Shown: positions 13,501-28,600 of the stretch, piece by piece | How positions within the stretch are numbered: position 1 is the stretch's first letter | Layout of the letters: each line of letters opens with the position of its first letter | From: Eledone cirrhosa | Taxonomy: Eukaryota | Length of the DNA: 64,000 nt | Direction of reading: 5' to 3' | NCBI GenBank assembly: GCA_964016885.1 | Contig: OZ024747.1 | Coordinates: forward strand, 43,214,001-43,278,000 | Translations under genes and position numbers: made by a program | The notes under the pieces: model-generated | Told to the model about the DNA's origin: nothing | Database searches by the model: none | The model's input: only the letters and a program-made list of their open reading frames with translations

Positions 13501-16500
13501 AACGACTGCTTTACAGTGTGGGCTGGGCAGTTTTTGTTGTAGTACCAAAACGACTGCTTTACAGTGTGGGCTGGGCAGTTTTTGTTGTAGCACCAAAACG
13601 ACTGCTTTACAGTGTGGACTTGGCAGTTTTTGTTGTAGCACCAAAACCACTGCTTTACAGTGTGGGCTGGGCAGTTTTTGTTGTAGCACCAAAACGACTG
13701 CTTTACAGTGTGGACTTGGCGCTTTTTGTTGTAGCACCAAAACGACTGCTTTACAGTGTGGGCTGGGCAGTTTTTGTTGTAGCACCAAAACGACTGCTTT
13801 ACAGTGTGGGCCGGGCAGTTTTTGTTGTAGCACCAAAACGACTGCTTTACAGTGTGGGCTGGGCAGTTTTTGTTGTAGTACCAAAACGACTGCTTTACAG
13901 TGTGGGCTGGGCAGTTTTTGTTGTAGCACCAAAACGACTGCTTTACAGTGTGGACTTGGCACTTTTTGTTGTAGCACCAAAACGACTGCTTTACAGTGTG
14001 GGCTGGGCAGTTTTTGTTGTAGCACCAAAACGACTGCTTTACAGTGTGGGCTGGGCAGTTTTTGTTGTAGCACCAAAACGACTGCTTTACAGTGTGGGCT
14101 GGGCAGTTTTTGTTGTAGCACCAAAACGACTGCTTTACAGTGTGTGCTGGGCACATTTTGTTGTAACACCAAAACGACTGCTTTACAGTGTGGGCTGGGC
14201 AGTTTTTGTTGTAGCACCAAAACGACTGCTTCACAGTGTGGGCTGGGCAGTTTTTGTTGTAGCACCAAAACGACTGCTTTACAGTGTGGGCTGGGCACTT
14301 TTTGTTGTAGCACCAAAACGACTGCTTTACAGTGTGGACTTGGCAGTTTTTGTTGTAGCACCAAAACGACTGCTTTACAGTGTGGGCTGGGCAGTTTTTG
14401 TTGTAGCACCAAAACGACTGCTTTACAGTGTGGGCTGGGCAGTTTTTGTTGTAGCACCAAAACGACTGCTTTACAGTGTGGACTTGGCGCTTTTTGTTGT
14501 AGCACCAAACGACTGCTTTACAGTGTGGGCTGGGCAGTTTTTGTTGTAGCACCAAAACGACTGCTTTACAGTGTGGACTTGGCGCTTTTTGTTGTAGCAC
14601 CAAAACGACTGCTTTACAGTGTGGGCTGGGCAGTTTTTGTTGTAGCACCAAAACGACTGCTTTACAGTGTGGACTTGGCAGTTTTTGTTGTAGCACCAAA
14701 ACGACTGCTTTACAGTGTGGACTTGGCAGTTTTTGTTGTAGCACCAAAACGACTGCTTTACAGTGTGGGCTGGGCAGTTTTGTTGTAGCACCAAAACGAC
14801 TGCTTTACAGTGTGGACTTGGCAGTTTTTGTTGTAGCACCAAAACGACTGCTTTACAGTGTGGACTTGGCACTTTTTGTTGTAGCACCAAAACGACTGCT
14901 TTACAGTGTGGGCTGGGCAGTTTTTGTTGTAGCACCAAAACGACTGCTTTACACTGTGGACTTGGCACTTTTTGTTGTAGCACCAAAACGACTGCTTTAC
15001 AGTGTGGACTTGGCGCTTTTTGTTGTAGCACCAAAACGACTGCTTTACAGTGTGGGCTGGGCAGTTTTTGTTGTAGCACCAAAACGACTGCTTTACAGTG
15101 TGGGCCGGGCAGTTTTTGTTGTAGCACCAAAACGACTGCTTTACAGTGTGGGCTGGGCAGTTTTTGTTGTAGTACCAAAACGACTGCTTTACAGTGTGGG
15201 CTGGGCAGTTTTTGTTGTAGCACCAAAACGACTGCTTTACAGTGTGGGCTGGGCAGTTTTTGTTGTAGCACCAAAACGACTGCTTTACACTGTGGACTTG
15301 GCACTTTTTGTTGTAGCACCAAAACGACTGCTTTGCAGTGTGGACTTGGCGCTTTTTGTTGTAGCACCAAAACGACTGCTTTACAGTGTGGGCTGGGCAG
15401 TTTTTGTTGTAGCACCAAAACGACTGCTTTACAGTGTGGGCCGGGCAGTTTTTGTTGTAGCACCAAAACGACTGCTTTACAGTGTGGGCTGGGCAGTTTT
15501 TGTTGTAGTACCAAAACGACTGCTTTACAGTGTGGGCTGGGCAGTTTTTGTTGTAGCACCAAAACGACTGCTTTACAGTGTGGACTTGGCACTTTTTGTT
15601 GTAGCACCAAAACGACTGCTTTACAGTGTGGGCTGGGCAGTTTTTGTTGTAGCACCAAAACGACTGCTTTACAGTGTGGGCTGGGCAGTTTTTGTTGTAG
15701 CACCAAAACGACTGCTTTACAGTGTGGGCTGGGCAGTTTTTGTTGTAGCACCAAAACGACTGCTTTACAGTGTGGGCTGGGCACATTTTGTTGTAACACC
15801 AAAACGACTGCTTTACAGTGTGGGCTGGGCAGTTTTTGTTGTAGCACCAAAACGACTGCTTCACAGTGTGGGCTGGGCAGTTTTTGTTGTAGCACCAAAA
15901 CGACTGCTTTACAGTGTGGGCTGGGCACTTTTTGTTGTAGCACCAAAACGACTGCTTTACAGTGTGGACTTGGCAGTTTTTGTTGTAGCACCAAAACGAC
16001 TGCTTTACAGTGTGGGCTGGGCAGTTTTTGTTGTAGCACCAAAACGACTGCTTTACAGTGTGGGCTGGGCAGTTTTTGTTGTAGCACCAAAACGACTGCT
16101 TTACAGTGTGGACTTGGCGCTTTTTGTTGTAGCACCAAACGACTGCTTTACAGTGTGGGCTGGGCAGTTTTTGTTGTAGCACCAAAACGACTGCTTTACA
16201 GTGTGGACTTGGCGCTTTTTGTTGTAGCACCAAAACGACTGCTTTACAGTGTGGGCTGGGCAGTTTTTGTTGTAGCACCAAAACGACTGCTTTACAGTGT
16301 GGACTTGGCAGTTTTTGTTGTAGCACCAAAACGACTGCTTTACAGTGTGGACTTGGCAGTTTTTGTTGTAGCACCAAAACGACTGCTTTACAGTGTGGGC
16401 TGGGCAGTTTTGTTGTAGCACCAAAACGACTGCTTTACAGTGTGGACTTGGCAGTTTTTGTTGTAGCACCAAAACGACTGCTTTACAGTGTGGACTTGGC

Positions 16501-18780
16501 ACTTTTTGTTGTAGCACCAAAACGACTGCTTTACAGTGTGGGCTGGGCAGTTTTTGTTGTAGCACCAAAACGACTGCTTTACACTGTGGACTTGGCACTT
16601 TTTGTTGTAGCACCAAAACGACTGCTTTACAGTGTGGGCTGGGCAGTTTTTGTTGTAGCACCAAAACGACTGCTTTATAGTGTGGACTTGGCAGTTCTTG
16701 TTGTAGCACCAAAACGACTACTTTACAGTGTGGACTTGGCACTTTTTGTTGTAGCACCAAAACGATTGCTTTACAGTGTGGGCTGGGCAGTTTTTGTTGT
16801 AGCACCAAAACGACTGCTTTACAGTGTGGACTTGGCAGTTCTTGTTGTAGCACCAAAACGACTACTTTACAGTGTGGACTTGGCAGTTTTTGTTGTAGCA
16901 CCAAAACGACTGCTTTACAGTGTCGACTTGGCACTTTTTGTTGTAGCACCAAAACGACTGCTTTACAGTGTGGACTTGGCAGTTTTTGTTGTAGCACCAA
17001 AACGACTGCTTTACAGTGTGGGCTGTGCAGTTTTTGTTGTTGCACCAAAACGACTGCTTTACAGTGTGCACTTGGCACTTTTTGTTGTAGCACCAAAACG
17101 ACTGCTTTACAGTGTGGGCTTGGCAGTTTTTGTTGTAGCACCAAAACGACTGCTTTACAGTGTGGGCTGGGCAGTTTTTGTTGTAGCACCAAAACGACTG
17201 CTTTACAGTGTGGACATGGCGCTTTTTGTTGTAGCACCAAAACGACTGCTTTACAGTGTGGGCTGGGCAGTTTTTGTTGTAGCACCAAAACGACTGCTTT
17301 ACAGTGTGGGCTGGGCAGTTTTTGTTGTAGTACCAAAACGACTGCTTTACAGTGTGGGCTGGGCAGTTTTTGTTGTAGCACCAAAACGACTGCTTTACAG
17401 TGTGGACTTGGCAGTTTTTGTTGTAGCACCAAAACCACTGCTTTACAGTGTGGGCTGGGCAGTTTTTGTTGTAGCACCAAGACGACTGCTTTACAGTGTG
17501 GACTTGGCGCTTTTTGTTGTAGCACCAAAACGACTGCTTTACAGTGTGGGCTGGGCAGTTTTTGTTGTAGCACCAAAACGACTGCTTTACAGTGTGGGCC
17601 GGGCAGTTTTTGTTGTAGCACCAAAACGACTGCTTTACAGTGTGGGCTGGGCAGTTTTTGTTGTAGTACCAAAACGACTGCTTTACAGTGTGGGCTGGGC
17701 AGTTTTTGTTGTAGCACCAAAACGACTGCTTTACAGTGTGGACTTGGCACTTTTTGTTGTAGCACCAAAACGACTGCTTTACAGTGTGGGCTGGGCAGTT
17801 TTTGTTGTAGCACCAAAACGACTGCTTTACAGTGTGGGCTGGGCAGTTTTTGTTGTAGCACCAAAACGACTGCTTTACAGTGTGGGCTGGGCAGTTTTTG
17901 TTGTAGCACCAAAACGACTGCTTTACAGTGTGGGCTGGGCACATTTTGTTGTAACACCAAAACGACTGCTTTACAGTGTGGGCTGGGCAGTTTTTGTTGT
18001 AGCACCAAAACGACTGCTTCACAGTGTGGGCTGGGCAGTTTTTGTTGTAGCACCAAAACGACTGCTTTACAGTGTGGGCTGGGCACTTTTTGTTGTAGCA
18101 CCAAAACGACTGCTTTACAGTGTGGACTTGGCAGTTTTTGTTGTAGCACCAAAACGACTGCTTTACAGTGTGGGCTGGGCAGTTTTTGTTGTAGCACCAA
18201 AACGACTGCTTTACAGTGTGGGCTGGGCAGTTTTTGTTGTAGCACCAAAACGACTGCTTTACAGTGTGGACTTGGCGCTTTTTGTTGTAGCACCAAACGA
18301 CTGCTTTACAGTGTGGGCTGGGCAGTTTTTGTTGTAGCACCAAAACGACTGCTTTACAGTGTGGACTTGGCGCTTTTTGTTGTAGCACCAAAACGACTGC
18401 TTTACAGTGTGGGCTGGGCAGTTTTTGTTGTAGCACAAAAACGACTGCTTTACAGTGTGGACTTGGCAGTTTTTGTTGTAGCACCAAAACGACTGCTTTA
18501 CAGTGTGGACTTGGCAGTTTTTGTTGTAGCACCAAAACGACTGCTTTACAGTGTGGGCTGGGCAGTTTTGTTGTAGCACCAAAACGACTGCTTTACAGTG
18601 TGGACTTGGCAGTTTTTGTTGTAGCACCAAAACGACTGCTTTACAGTGTGGACTTGGCACTTTTTGTTGTAGCACCAAAACGACTGCTTTACAGTGTGGG
18701 CTGGGCAGTTTTTGTTGTAGCACCAAAACGACTGCTTTACACTGTGGACTTGGCACTTTTTGTTGTAGCACCAAAACGAC
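10510..18780 (+). repeat. Higher-order repeat, periods 2158, 1630 and 2158 bp (45- and 34-monomer units); boundaries approximate
   Basis: 3-A deletion marker ACCAAAC at 12346, 14504, 16134 and 18292; shared rare variants GGACATGG, GGGCCGGG, AGTACC and GCACATTT. Confidence 0.88.
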
Positions 18781-21700
18781 TGCTTTACAGTGTGGACTTG
18801 GCAGTTTTTGTTGTAGCACCAAAACGACTGCTTTACAGTGTGGGCTGTGCAGTTTTTGTTGTTGCACCAAAACGACTGCTTTACAGTGTGCACTTGGCAC
18901 TTTTTGTTGTAGCACCAAAACGACTGCTTTACAGTGTGGGCTGGGCAGTTTTTGTTGTAGCACCAAAACGACTGCTTTACAGTGTGGGCTGGGCAGTTTT
19001 TGTTGTAGCACCAAAACGACTGCTTTACAGTGTGGACTTGGCAGTTTTTGTTGTAGCACCAAAACGACTGCTTTACAGTGTGGGCTGGGCAGTTTTTGTT
19101 GTAGCACCAAAACGTCTGCTTTACAGTGTGGGCTGGGCAGTTTTTGTTGTAGCACCAAAACGACTGCTTTACAGTGTGGGCTGGGCAGTTTTTGTTGTAG
19201 TACCAAAACGACTGCTTTACAGTGTGGGCTGGGCAGTTTTTGTTGTAGCACCAAAACGACTGCTTTACAGTGTGGACTTGGCAGTTTTTGTTGTAGCACA
19301 AAAATGACTGCTTTACAGTGTGGACTTGGCAGTTTTTGTTGTAGCACCAAAACGACTGCTTTACAGTGTGAGCTGGGCGGTTCTTGTTGTAGCACCAAAA
19401 CGACTACTTTACAGTGTGGACTTGGCAGTTTTTGTTGTAGCACCAAAACGACTGCTTTACAGTGTGGACTTGGCACTTTTTGTTGTAGCACCAAAACGAC
19501 TGCTCTACAGTGTGGGCTGGGCAGTTTTTGTTGTAGCACCAAAACGACTGCTTTACACTGTGGACTTGGCACTTTTTGTTGTAGCACCAAAACGACTGCT
19601 TTACAGTGTGGGCTGGGCAGTTTTTGATGTAGCACCAAAACGACTGCTTTACAGTGTGGGCTGGGCAGTTTTTGTTGTAGCACCAAAACGACTGCGTTAC
19701 AGTGTGGACTTGGCAGTTCTTGTTGTAGCACCAAAACGACTACTTTACAGTGTGGACTTGGCACTTTTTGTTGTAGCACCAAAACGACTGCTTTACAGTG
19801 TGGACTTGGCAGTTTTTGTTGTAGCACCAAAACGACTGCTTTACAGTGTGGACTTGGCAGTTCTTGTTGTAGCACCAAAACGACTACTTTACAGTGTGGA
19901 CTTGGCACTTTTTGTTGTAGCACCAAAACGACTGCTTTACAGTGTCGACTTGGCACTTTTTGTTGTAGCACCAAAACGACTGCTTTACAGTGTGGACTTG
20001 GCAGTTTTTGTTGTAGCACCAAAACGACTGCTTTACAGTGTGGGCTGTGCAGTTTTTGTTGTTGCACCAAAACGACTGCTTTACAGTGTGCACTTGGCAC
20101 TTTTTGTTGTAGCACCAAAACGACTGCTTTACAGTGTGGGCTGGGCAGTTTTTGTTGTAGCACCAAAACGACTGCTTTACAGTGTGGGCTGGGCAGTTTT
20201 TGTTGTAGCACCAAAACGACTGCTTTACAGTGTGGACTTGGCAGTTTTTGTTGTAGCACCAAAACGACTGCTTTACAGTGTGGGCTGGGCAGTTTTTGTT
20301 GTAGCACCAAAACGTCTGCTTTACAGTGTGGGCTGGGCAGTTTTTGTTGTAGCACCAAAACGACTGCTTTACAGTGTGGGCTGGGCAGTTTTTGTTGTAG
20401 TACCAAAACGACTGCTTTACAGTGTGGGCTGGGCAGTTTTTGTTGTAGCACCGAAACGACTGCTTTACAGTGTGGACTTGGCAGTTTTTGTTGTAGCACA
20501 AAAATGACTGCTTTACAGTGTGGACTTGGCAGTTTTTGTTGTAGCACCAAAACGACTGCTTTACAGTGTGGACTTGGCACTTTTTGTTGTAGCACCAAAA
20601 CGACTGCTTTACAGTGTGGGCTGGGCAGTTTTTGTTGTAGCACCAAAACGACTGCTTTACAGTGTGGGCTGGGCAGTTTTTGTTGTAGCACCAAAACGAC
20701 TGCTTTACAGTGTGGGCTGGGCAGTTTTTGTTGTAGCACCAAAACGACTGCTTTACAGTGTGGGCTGGGCACATTTTGTTGTAACACCAAAACGACTACT
20801 TTACAGTGTGGGCTGGGCAGTTTTTGTTGTAGCACCAAAACGACTGCTTTACAGTGTGGGCTGGGCAGTTTTTGTTGTAGCACCAAAACGACTGCTTTAC
20901 AGTGTGGACTTGGCAGTTTTTGTTGTAGCACCAAAACGACTGCTTTACAGTGTGGGCTGGGCAGTTTTTGTTGTAGCACCAAAACGACTGCTTTACAGTG
21001 TAGGCTGGGCAGTTTTTGTTGTAGCACCAAAACGACTGCTTTACAGTGTGGACTTGGCAGTTTTTGTTGTAGCACCAAAACGACTGCTTTACAGTGTGGG
21101 CTGGGCAGTTTTTGTTGTAGCACCAAAACGAGTGCTTTACAGTGTGGACTTGGCAGTTTTTGTTGTAGCCCAAAAATGACTGCTTTACAGTGTGGACTTG
21201 GCAGTTTTTGTTGTAGCACCAAAACGACTGCTTTACAGTGTGGACTTGGCACATTTTGTTGTAGCACCAAAATGACTGCTTTACAGTGTGAACTTGGCAG
21301 TTTTTGTTGTAGCACCAAAACGACTGCTTTACAGTGTGGACTTGGCAGTTTTTGTTGTAGCACCAAATCGACTGCTTTACAGTGTGGGCTGGGCAGTTTT
21401 TGTTGTAGCACCAAAACGACTGCTTTACAGTGTGGACTTGGCAGTTTTTGTTGTAGCACCAAAACGACTGCTTTACAGTGTGGGCTGGGCAGTTTTTGTT
21501 GTAGCACCAAAACGACTGCTTTACAGTGTGGGCTGGGCAGTTTTTGTTGTAGCACCAAAACGACTGCTTTACAGTGTGGACTTGGCAGTTTTTGTTGTAG
21601 CAGAAAAATGACTGCTTTACAGTGTGGACTTGGCAGTTTTTGTTGTAGCACCAAAACGACTGCTTTACAGTGTGGACTTGGCAGTTTTTGTTGTAGCACC

Positions 21701-22639
21701 AAAATGACTGCATTACAGTGTGGGCTGGGCAGTTTTTGTTGTAGCACCAAAACGACTGCTTTACAGTGTGGGCTGGGCAGTTTTTGTTGTAGCACCAAAA
21801 CGACTGCTTTACAGTGTGGGCTGGTCACTTTTTGATGTAACACCAAAACGACTGCTTTACAGTGTGGACTTTGCAGTTCTTGTTGTAGCACCAAAACGAC
21901 TGCGTTACAGTGTGGACTTGGCAGTTTTTGTTGTAGCACCAAAACGACTGCTTTACAGTGTGGACTTGGCACTTTTTGTTGTAGCACCAAAACGACTGCT
22001 TTACAGTGTGGGCTGGGAAGTTTTTGTTGTAGCACCAAAACGACTGCTTTACAGTGTGGGCTGGGCAGTTTTTGTTGTAGCACCAAAACGACTGCTTTAC
22101 AGTGTGGGCTGGGCAGTTTTTGTTGTAGCACCAAAACGACTGCTTTACAGTGTGGGCTGGGCTGTTTTTGTTGTAGCACCAAAACGACTGCTTTACAGTG
22201 TGGGCTGGGCAGTTTTTGTTGTAGCACCAAAACGACTGCTTTACAGTGTGGACTTGGCAGTTTTTGTTGTAGCACCAAAACGACTGCTTTACAGTGTGGG
22301 CTGGGCAGTTTTTGTTGTAGCACCAAAACGACTGCTTTACAGTGTGGACTTGGCAGTTTTTGTTGTAGCACAAAAATGACTGCTTTACAGTGTGGACTTG
22401 GCAGTTTTTGTTGTAGCACCAAAACGACTGCTTTACAGTGTGGACTTGGCACTTTTTGTTGTAGCACCAAAACGACTGCTTTACAGTGTGGGCTGGGCAG
22501 TTTTTGTTGTAGCACCAAAACGACTGCTTTACAGTGTGGGCTGGGCAGTTTTGTTGTAGCACCAAAACGACTGCTTTACAGTGTGGGCTGGGCAGTTTTT
22601 GTTGTAGCACCAAAACGACTGCTTTCCATGTGGGCTGGG

Positions 22640-25600
22640 CACTTTTTGTTGTAACACCAAAACGATTGCTTTACAGTGTGGACTTTGCAGTTCTCGTTGT
22701 AGCACCAAAACGACTGCTTTACAGTGTGGACTTGGCACTTTTTGTTGTAGCACCAAAACGACTGCTTTACTGTGTGGGCTGGGCAGTTTTTGTTGTAGCA
22801 CCAAAACGACTGCTTTACAGTGCGGGCTGGGCAGTTTTTGTTGTAGCACCAAAACGACTGCTTTACAGTGTGGACTTGGCAGTTTTTGTTGTAGCACAAA
22901 AATGACTGCTTTACAGAGTGGACTTGGCAGTTTTTGTTGTAGCACCAAAACGACTGCTTTACAGTGTGGACTTGGCACTTTTTGTTGTAGCACCAAAACG
23001 ACTGCATTACAGTGTGGGCTGGGCAGTTTTTGTTGTAGCACCAAAATGACTGCTTTACAGTGTGGGCTGGGCAGTTTTTGTTGTAGCACCAAAACGACTG
23101 CTTTACAGTGTGGGCTGGTCACTTTTTGTTGTAACACCAAAACGACTGCTTTACAGTGTGGACTTGGCACTTTTTGTTGTAGCACCAAAACGACTGCATT
23201 ACAGTGTGGGCTGGGCAGTTTTTGTTGTAGCACCAAAACGACTGCTTTACAGTGTGGGCTGGGCAGTTTTTGTTGTAGCACCAAAATGACTGCTTTACAG
23301 TGTGGACTTGGCAGTTTTTGTTGTAGCAGAAAAATGACTGCTTTACAGTGTGGACTTGGCAGTTTTTGTTGTAGCACCAAAACGACTGCTTTACAGTGTG
23401 GACTTGGCACTTTTTGTTGTAGCACCAAAACGACTGCATTACAGTGTGGGCTGGGCAGTTTTTGTTGTAGCACCAAAACGACTGCTTTACAGTGTGGGCT
23501 GGGCAGTTTTTGTTGTAGCACCAAAACGACTGCTTTACAGTGTGGGCTGGTCACTTTTTGATGTAACACCAAAACGACTGCTTTACAGTGTGGACTTTGC
23601 AGTTCTTGTTGTAGCACCAAAACGACTGCGTTACAGTGTGGACTTGGCACTTTTTGTTGTAGCACCAAAACGACTGCTTTACAGTGTGGACTTGGCACTT
23701 TTTGTTGTAGCACCAAAACGACTGCTTTACAGTGTGGGCTGGGAAGTTTTTGTTGTAGCACCAAAACGACTGCTTTACAGTGTGGGCTGGGCAGTTTTTG
23801 TTGTAGCACCAAAACAACTGCTTTACAGTGTGGGCTGGGCAGTTTTTGTTGTAGCACCAAAACGACTGCTTTACAGTGTGGGCTGGGCTGTTTTTGTTGT
23901 AGCACCAAAACGACTGCTTTACAGTGTGGGCTGGGCAGTTTTTGTTGTAGCACCAAAACGACTGCTTTACAGTGTGGACTTGGCAGTTTTTGTTGTAGCA
24001 CCAAAACGACTGCTTTACAGTGTGGGCTGGGCAGTTTTTGTTGTAGCACCAAAACCACTGCTTTACAGTGTGGACTTGGCAGTTTTTGTTGTAGCACAAA
24101 AATGACTGCTTTACAGTGTGGACTTGGCAGTTTTTGTTGTAGCACCAAAACGACTGCTTTACAGTGTGGACTTGGCACTTTTTGTTGTAGCACCAAAACG
24201 ACTGCTTTACAGTGTGGGCTGGGCAGTTTTTGTTGTAGCACCAAAACGACTGCTTTACAGTGTGGGCTGGGCAGTTTTTGTTGTAGCACCAAAACGACTG
24301 CTTTACAGTGTGGGCTGGGCAGTTTTTGTTGTAGCACCAAAACGACTGCTTTACAGTGTGGGCTGGGCACTTTTTGTTGTAACACCAAAACGATTGCTTT
24401 ACAGTGTGGACTTTGCAGTTCTCGTTGTAGCACCAAAACGACTGCTTTACAGTGTGGACTTGGCACTTTTTGTTGTAGCACCAAAACGACTGCTTTACAG
24501 TGTGGGCTGGGCAGTTTTTGTTGTAGCACCAAAACGACTGCTTTACAGTGTGGGCTGGGCAGTTTTTGTTGTAGCACCAAAACGACTGCTTTACAGTGTG
24601 GACTTGGCAGTTTTTGTTGTAGCACAAAAATGACTGCTTTACAGTGTGGACTTGGCAGTTTTTGTTGTAGCACCAAAACGACTGCTTTACAGTGTGGACT
24701 TGGCACTTTTTGTTGTAGCACCAAAACGACTGCATTACAGTGTGGGCTGGGCAGTTTTTGTTGTAGCACCAAAACGACTGCTTTACAGTGTGGGCTGGGC
24801 AGTTTTTGTTGTAGCACCAAAACGACTGCTTTACAGTGTGGGCTGGTCACTTTTTGTTGTAACACCAAAACGATTGCTTTACAGTGTGGACTTTGCAGTT
24901 CTCGTTGTAGCACCAAAACGACTGCTTTACAGTGTGGACTTGGCACTTTTTGTTGTAGCACCAAAACGACTGCTTTACAGTGTGGGCTGGGCAGTTTTTG
25001 TTGTAGCACCAAAACGACTTCTTTACAGTGTGGGCTGGGCAGTTTTTGTTGTAGCACCAAAACGACTGCTTTACAGTGTGGACTTGGCAGTTTTTGTTGT
25101 AGCACAAAAATGACTGCTTTACAGTGTGGACTTGGCAGTTTTTGTTGTAGCACCAAAACGACTGCTTTACAGTGTGGACTTGGCACTTTTTGTTGTAGCA
25201 CCAAAACGACTGCATTACAGTGTGGGCTGGGCAGTTTTTGTTGTAGCACCAAAACGACTGCTTTACAGTGTGGGCTGGGCAGTTTTTGTTGTAGCACCAA
25301 AACGACTGCTTTACAGTGTGGACTTGGCAGTTTTTGTTGTAGCACCAAAACGACTGCTTTACAGTGTGGGCTGGGAAGTTTTTGTTGTAGCACCAAAACG
25401 ACTGCTTTACAGTGTGGGCTGGGCAGTTTTTGTTGTAGCACCAAAACAACTGCTTTACAGTGTGGGCTGGGCAGTTTTTGTTGTAGCACCAAAACGACTG
25501 CTTTACAGTGTGGGCTGGGCTGTTTTTGTTGTAGCACCAAAACGACTGCTTTACAGTGTGGGCTGGGCAGTTTTTGTTGTAGCACCAAAACGACTGCTTT

Positions 25601-28600
25601 ACAGTGTGGACTTGGCAGTTTTTGTTGTAGCACAAAAATGACTGCTTTACAGTGTGGACTTGGCAGTTTTTGTTGTAGCACCAAAACGACTGCTTTACAG
25701 TGTGGACTTGGCACTTTTTGTTGTAGCACCAAAACGACTGCATTACAGTGTGGGCTGGGCAGTTTTTGTTGTAGCACCAAAACGACTGCTTTACAGTGTG
25801 GGCTGGGCAGTTTTTGTTGTAGCACCAAAACGACTGCTTTACAGTGTGGACTTGGCAGTTTTTGTTGTAGCACCAAAACGACTGCTTTACAGTGTGGGCT
25901 GGGAAGTTTTTGTTGTAGCACCAAAACGACTGCTTTACAGTGTGGGCTGGGCAGTTTTTGTTGTAGCACCAAAACAACTGCTTTACAGTGTGGGCTGGGC
26001 AGTTTTTGTTGTAGCACCAAAACGACTGCTTTACAGTGTGGGCTGGGCTGTTTTTGTTGTAGCACCAAAACGACTGCTTTACAGTGTGGGCTGGGCAGTT
26101 TTTGTTGTAGCACCAAAACGACTGCTTTACAGTGTGGACTTGGCAGTTTTTGTTGTAGCACCAAAACGACTGCTTTACAGTGTGGGCTGGGCAGTTTTTG
26201 TTGTAGCACCAAAACGACTGCTTTACAGTGTGGACTTGGCAGTTTTTGTTGTAGCACAAAAATGACTGCTTTACAGTGTGGACTTGGCAGTTTTTGTTGT
26301 AGCACCAAAACGACTGCTTTACAGTGTGGACTTGGCACTTTTTGTTGTAACACCAAAACGACTGCTTTACAGTGTGGGCTGGGCAGTTTTTGTTGTAGCA
26401 CCAAAACGACTGCTTTACAGTGTGGGCTGGGCAGTTTTTGTTGTAGCACCAAAACGACTGCTTTACAGTGTGGGCTGGGCAGTTTTTGTTGTAGCACCAA
26501 AACGACTGCTTTACAGTGTGGGCTGGGCACTTTTTGTTGTAACACCAAAACGATTGCTTTACAGTGTGGACTTTGCAGTTCTCGTTGTAGCACCAAAACG
26601 ACTGCTTTACAGTGTGGACTTGGCACTTTTTGTTGTAGCACCAAAACGACTGCTTTACAGTGTGGGCTGGGCAGTTTTTGTTGTAGCACCAAAACGACTG
26701 CTTTACAGTGTGGGCTGGGCAGTTTTTGTTGTAGCACCAAAACGACTGCTTTACAGTGTGGACTTGGCAGTTTTGTTGTAGCACAAAAATGACTGCTTTA
26801 CAGTGTGGACTTGGCAGTTTTTGTTGTAGCACCAAAACGACTGCTTTACAGTGTGGACTTGGCACTTTTTGTTGTAGCACCAAAACGACTGCATTACAGT
26901 GTGGGCTGGGCAGTTTTTGTTGTAGCACCAAAACGACTGCTTTACAGTGTGGGCTGGGCAGTTTTTGTTGTAGCACCAAAACGACTGCTTTACAGTGTGG
27001 GCTGGTCACTTTTTGTTGTAACACCAAAACGATTGCTTTACAGTGTGGACTTTGCAGTTCTCGTTGTAGCACCAAAACGACTGCTTTACAGTGTGGACTT
27101 GGCACTTTTTGTTGTAGCACCAAAACGACTGCTTTACAGTGTGGGCTGGGCAGTTTTTGTTGTAGCACCAAAACGACTGCTTTACAGTGTGGGCTGGGCA
27201 GTTTTTGTTGTAGCACCAAAACGACTGCTTTACAGTGTGGACTTGGCAGTTTTTGTTGTAGCACAAAAATGACTGCTTTACAGTGTGGACTTGGCAGTTT
27301 TTGTTGTAGCACCAAAACGACTGCTTTACAGTGTGGACTTGGCACTTTTTGTTGTAGCACCAAAACGACTGCATTACAGTGTGGGCTGGGCAGTTTTTGT
27401 TGTAGCACCAAAACGACTGCTTTACAGTGTGGGCTGGGCAGTTTTTGTTGTAGCACCAAAACGACTGCTTTACAGTGTGGACTTGGCAGTTTTTGTTGTA
27501 GCACCAAAACGACTGCTTTACAGTGTGGGCTGGGCAGTTTTTGTTGTAGCACCAAAACGACTGCTTTACAGTGTGGACTTGGCAGTTTTTGTTGTAGCAC
27601 AAAAATGACTGCTTTACAGTGTGGACTTGGCAGTTTTTGTTGTAGCACCAAAACGACTGCTTTACAGTGTGGACTTGGCACTTTTTGTTGTAGCACCAAA
27701 ACGACTGCTTTACAGTGTGGGCTGGGCAGTTTTTGTTGTAGCACCAAAACGACTGCTTTACAGTGTGGGCTGGGCAGTTTTTGTTGTAGCACCAAAACGA
27801 CTGCTTTACAGTGTGGGCTGGGCAGTTTTTGTTGTAGCACCAAAACGACTGCTTTACAGTGTGGGCTGGGCACTTTTTGTTGTAACACCAAAACGATTGC
27901 TTTACAGTGTGGACTTTGCAGTTCTCGTTGTAGCACCAAAACGACTGCTTTACAGTGTGGACTTGGCACTTTTTGTTGTAGCACCAAAACGACTGCTTTA
28001 CTGTGTGGGCTGGGCAGTTTTTGTTGTAGCACCAAAACGACTGCTTTACAGTGCGGGCTGGGCAGTTTTTGTTGTAGCACCAAAACGACTGCTTTACAGT
28101 GTGGACTTGGCAGTTTTTGTTGTAGCACAAAAATGACTGCTTTACAGAGTGGACTTGGCAGTTTTTGTTGTAGCACCAAAACGACTGCTTTACAGTGTGG
28201 ACTTGGCACTTTTTGTTGTAGCACCAAAACGACTGCATTACAGTGTGGGCTGGGCAGTTTTTGTTGTAGCACCAAAACGACTGCTTTACAGTGTGGGCTG
28301 GGCAGTTTTTGTTGTAGCACCAAAACGACTGCTTTACAGTGTGGGCTGGTCACTTTTTGTTGTAACACCAAAACGACTGCTTTACAGTGTGGACTTGGCA
28401 CTTTTTGTTGTAGCACCAAAACGACTGCATTACAGTGTGGGCTGGGCAGTTTTTGTTGTAGCACCAAAACGACTGCTTTACAGTGTGGGCTGGGCAGTTT
28501 TTGTTGTAGCACCAAAACGACTGCTTTACAGTGTGGACTTGGCAGTTTTTGTTGTAGCAGAAAAATGACTGCTTTACAGTGTGGACTTGGCAGTTTTTGT

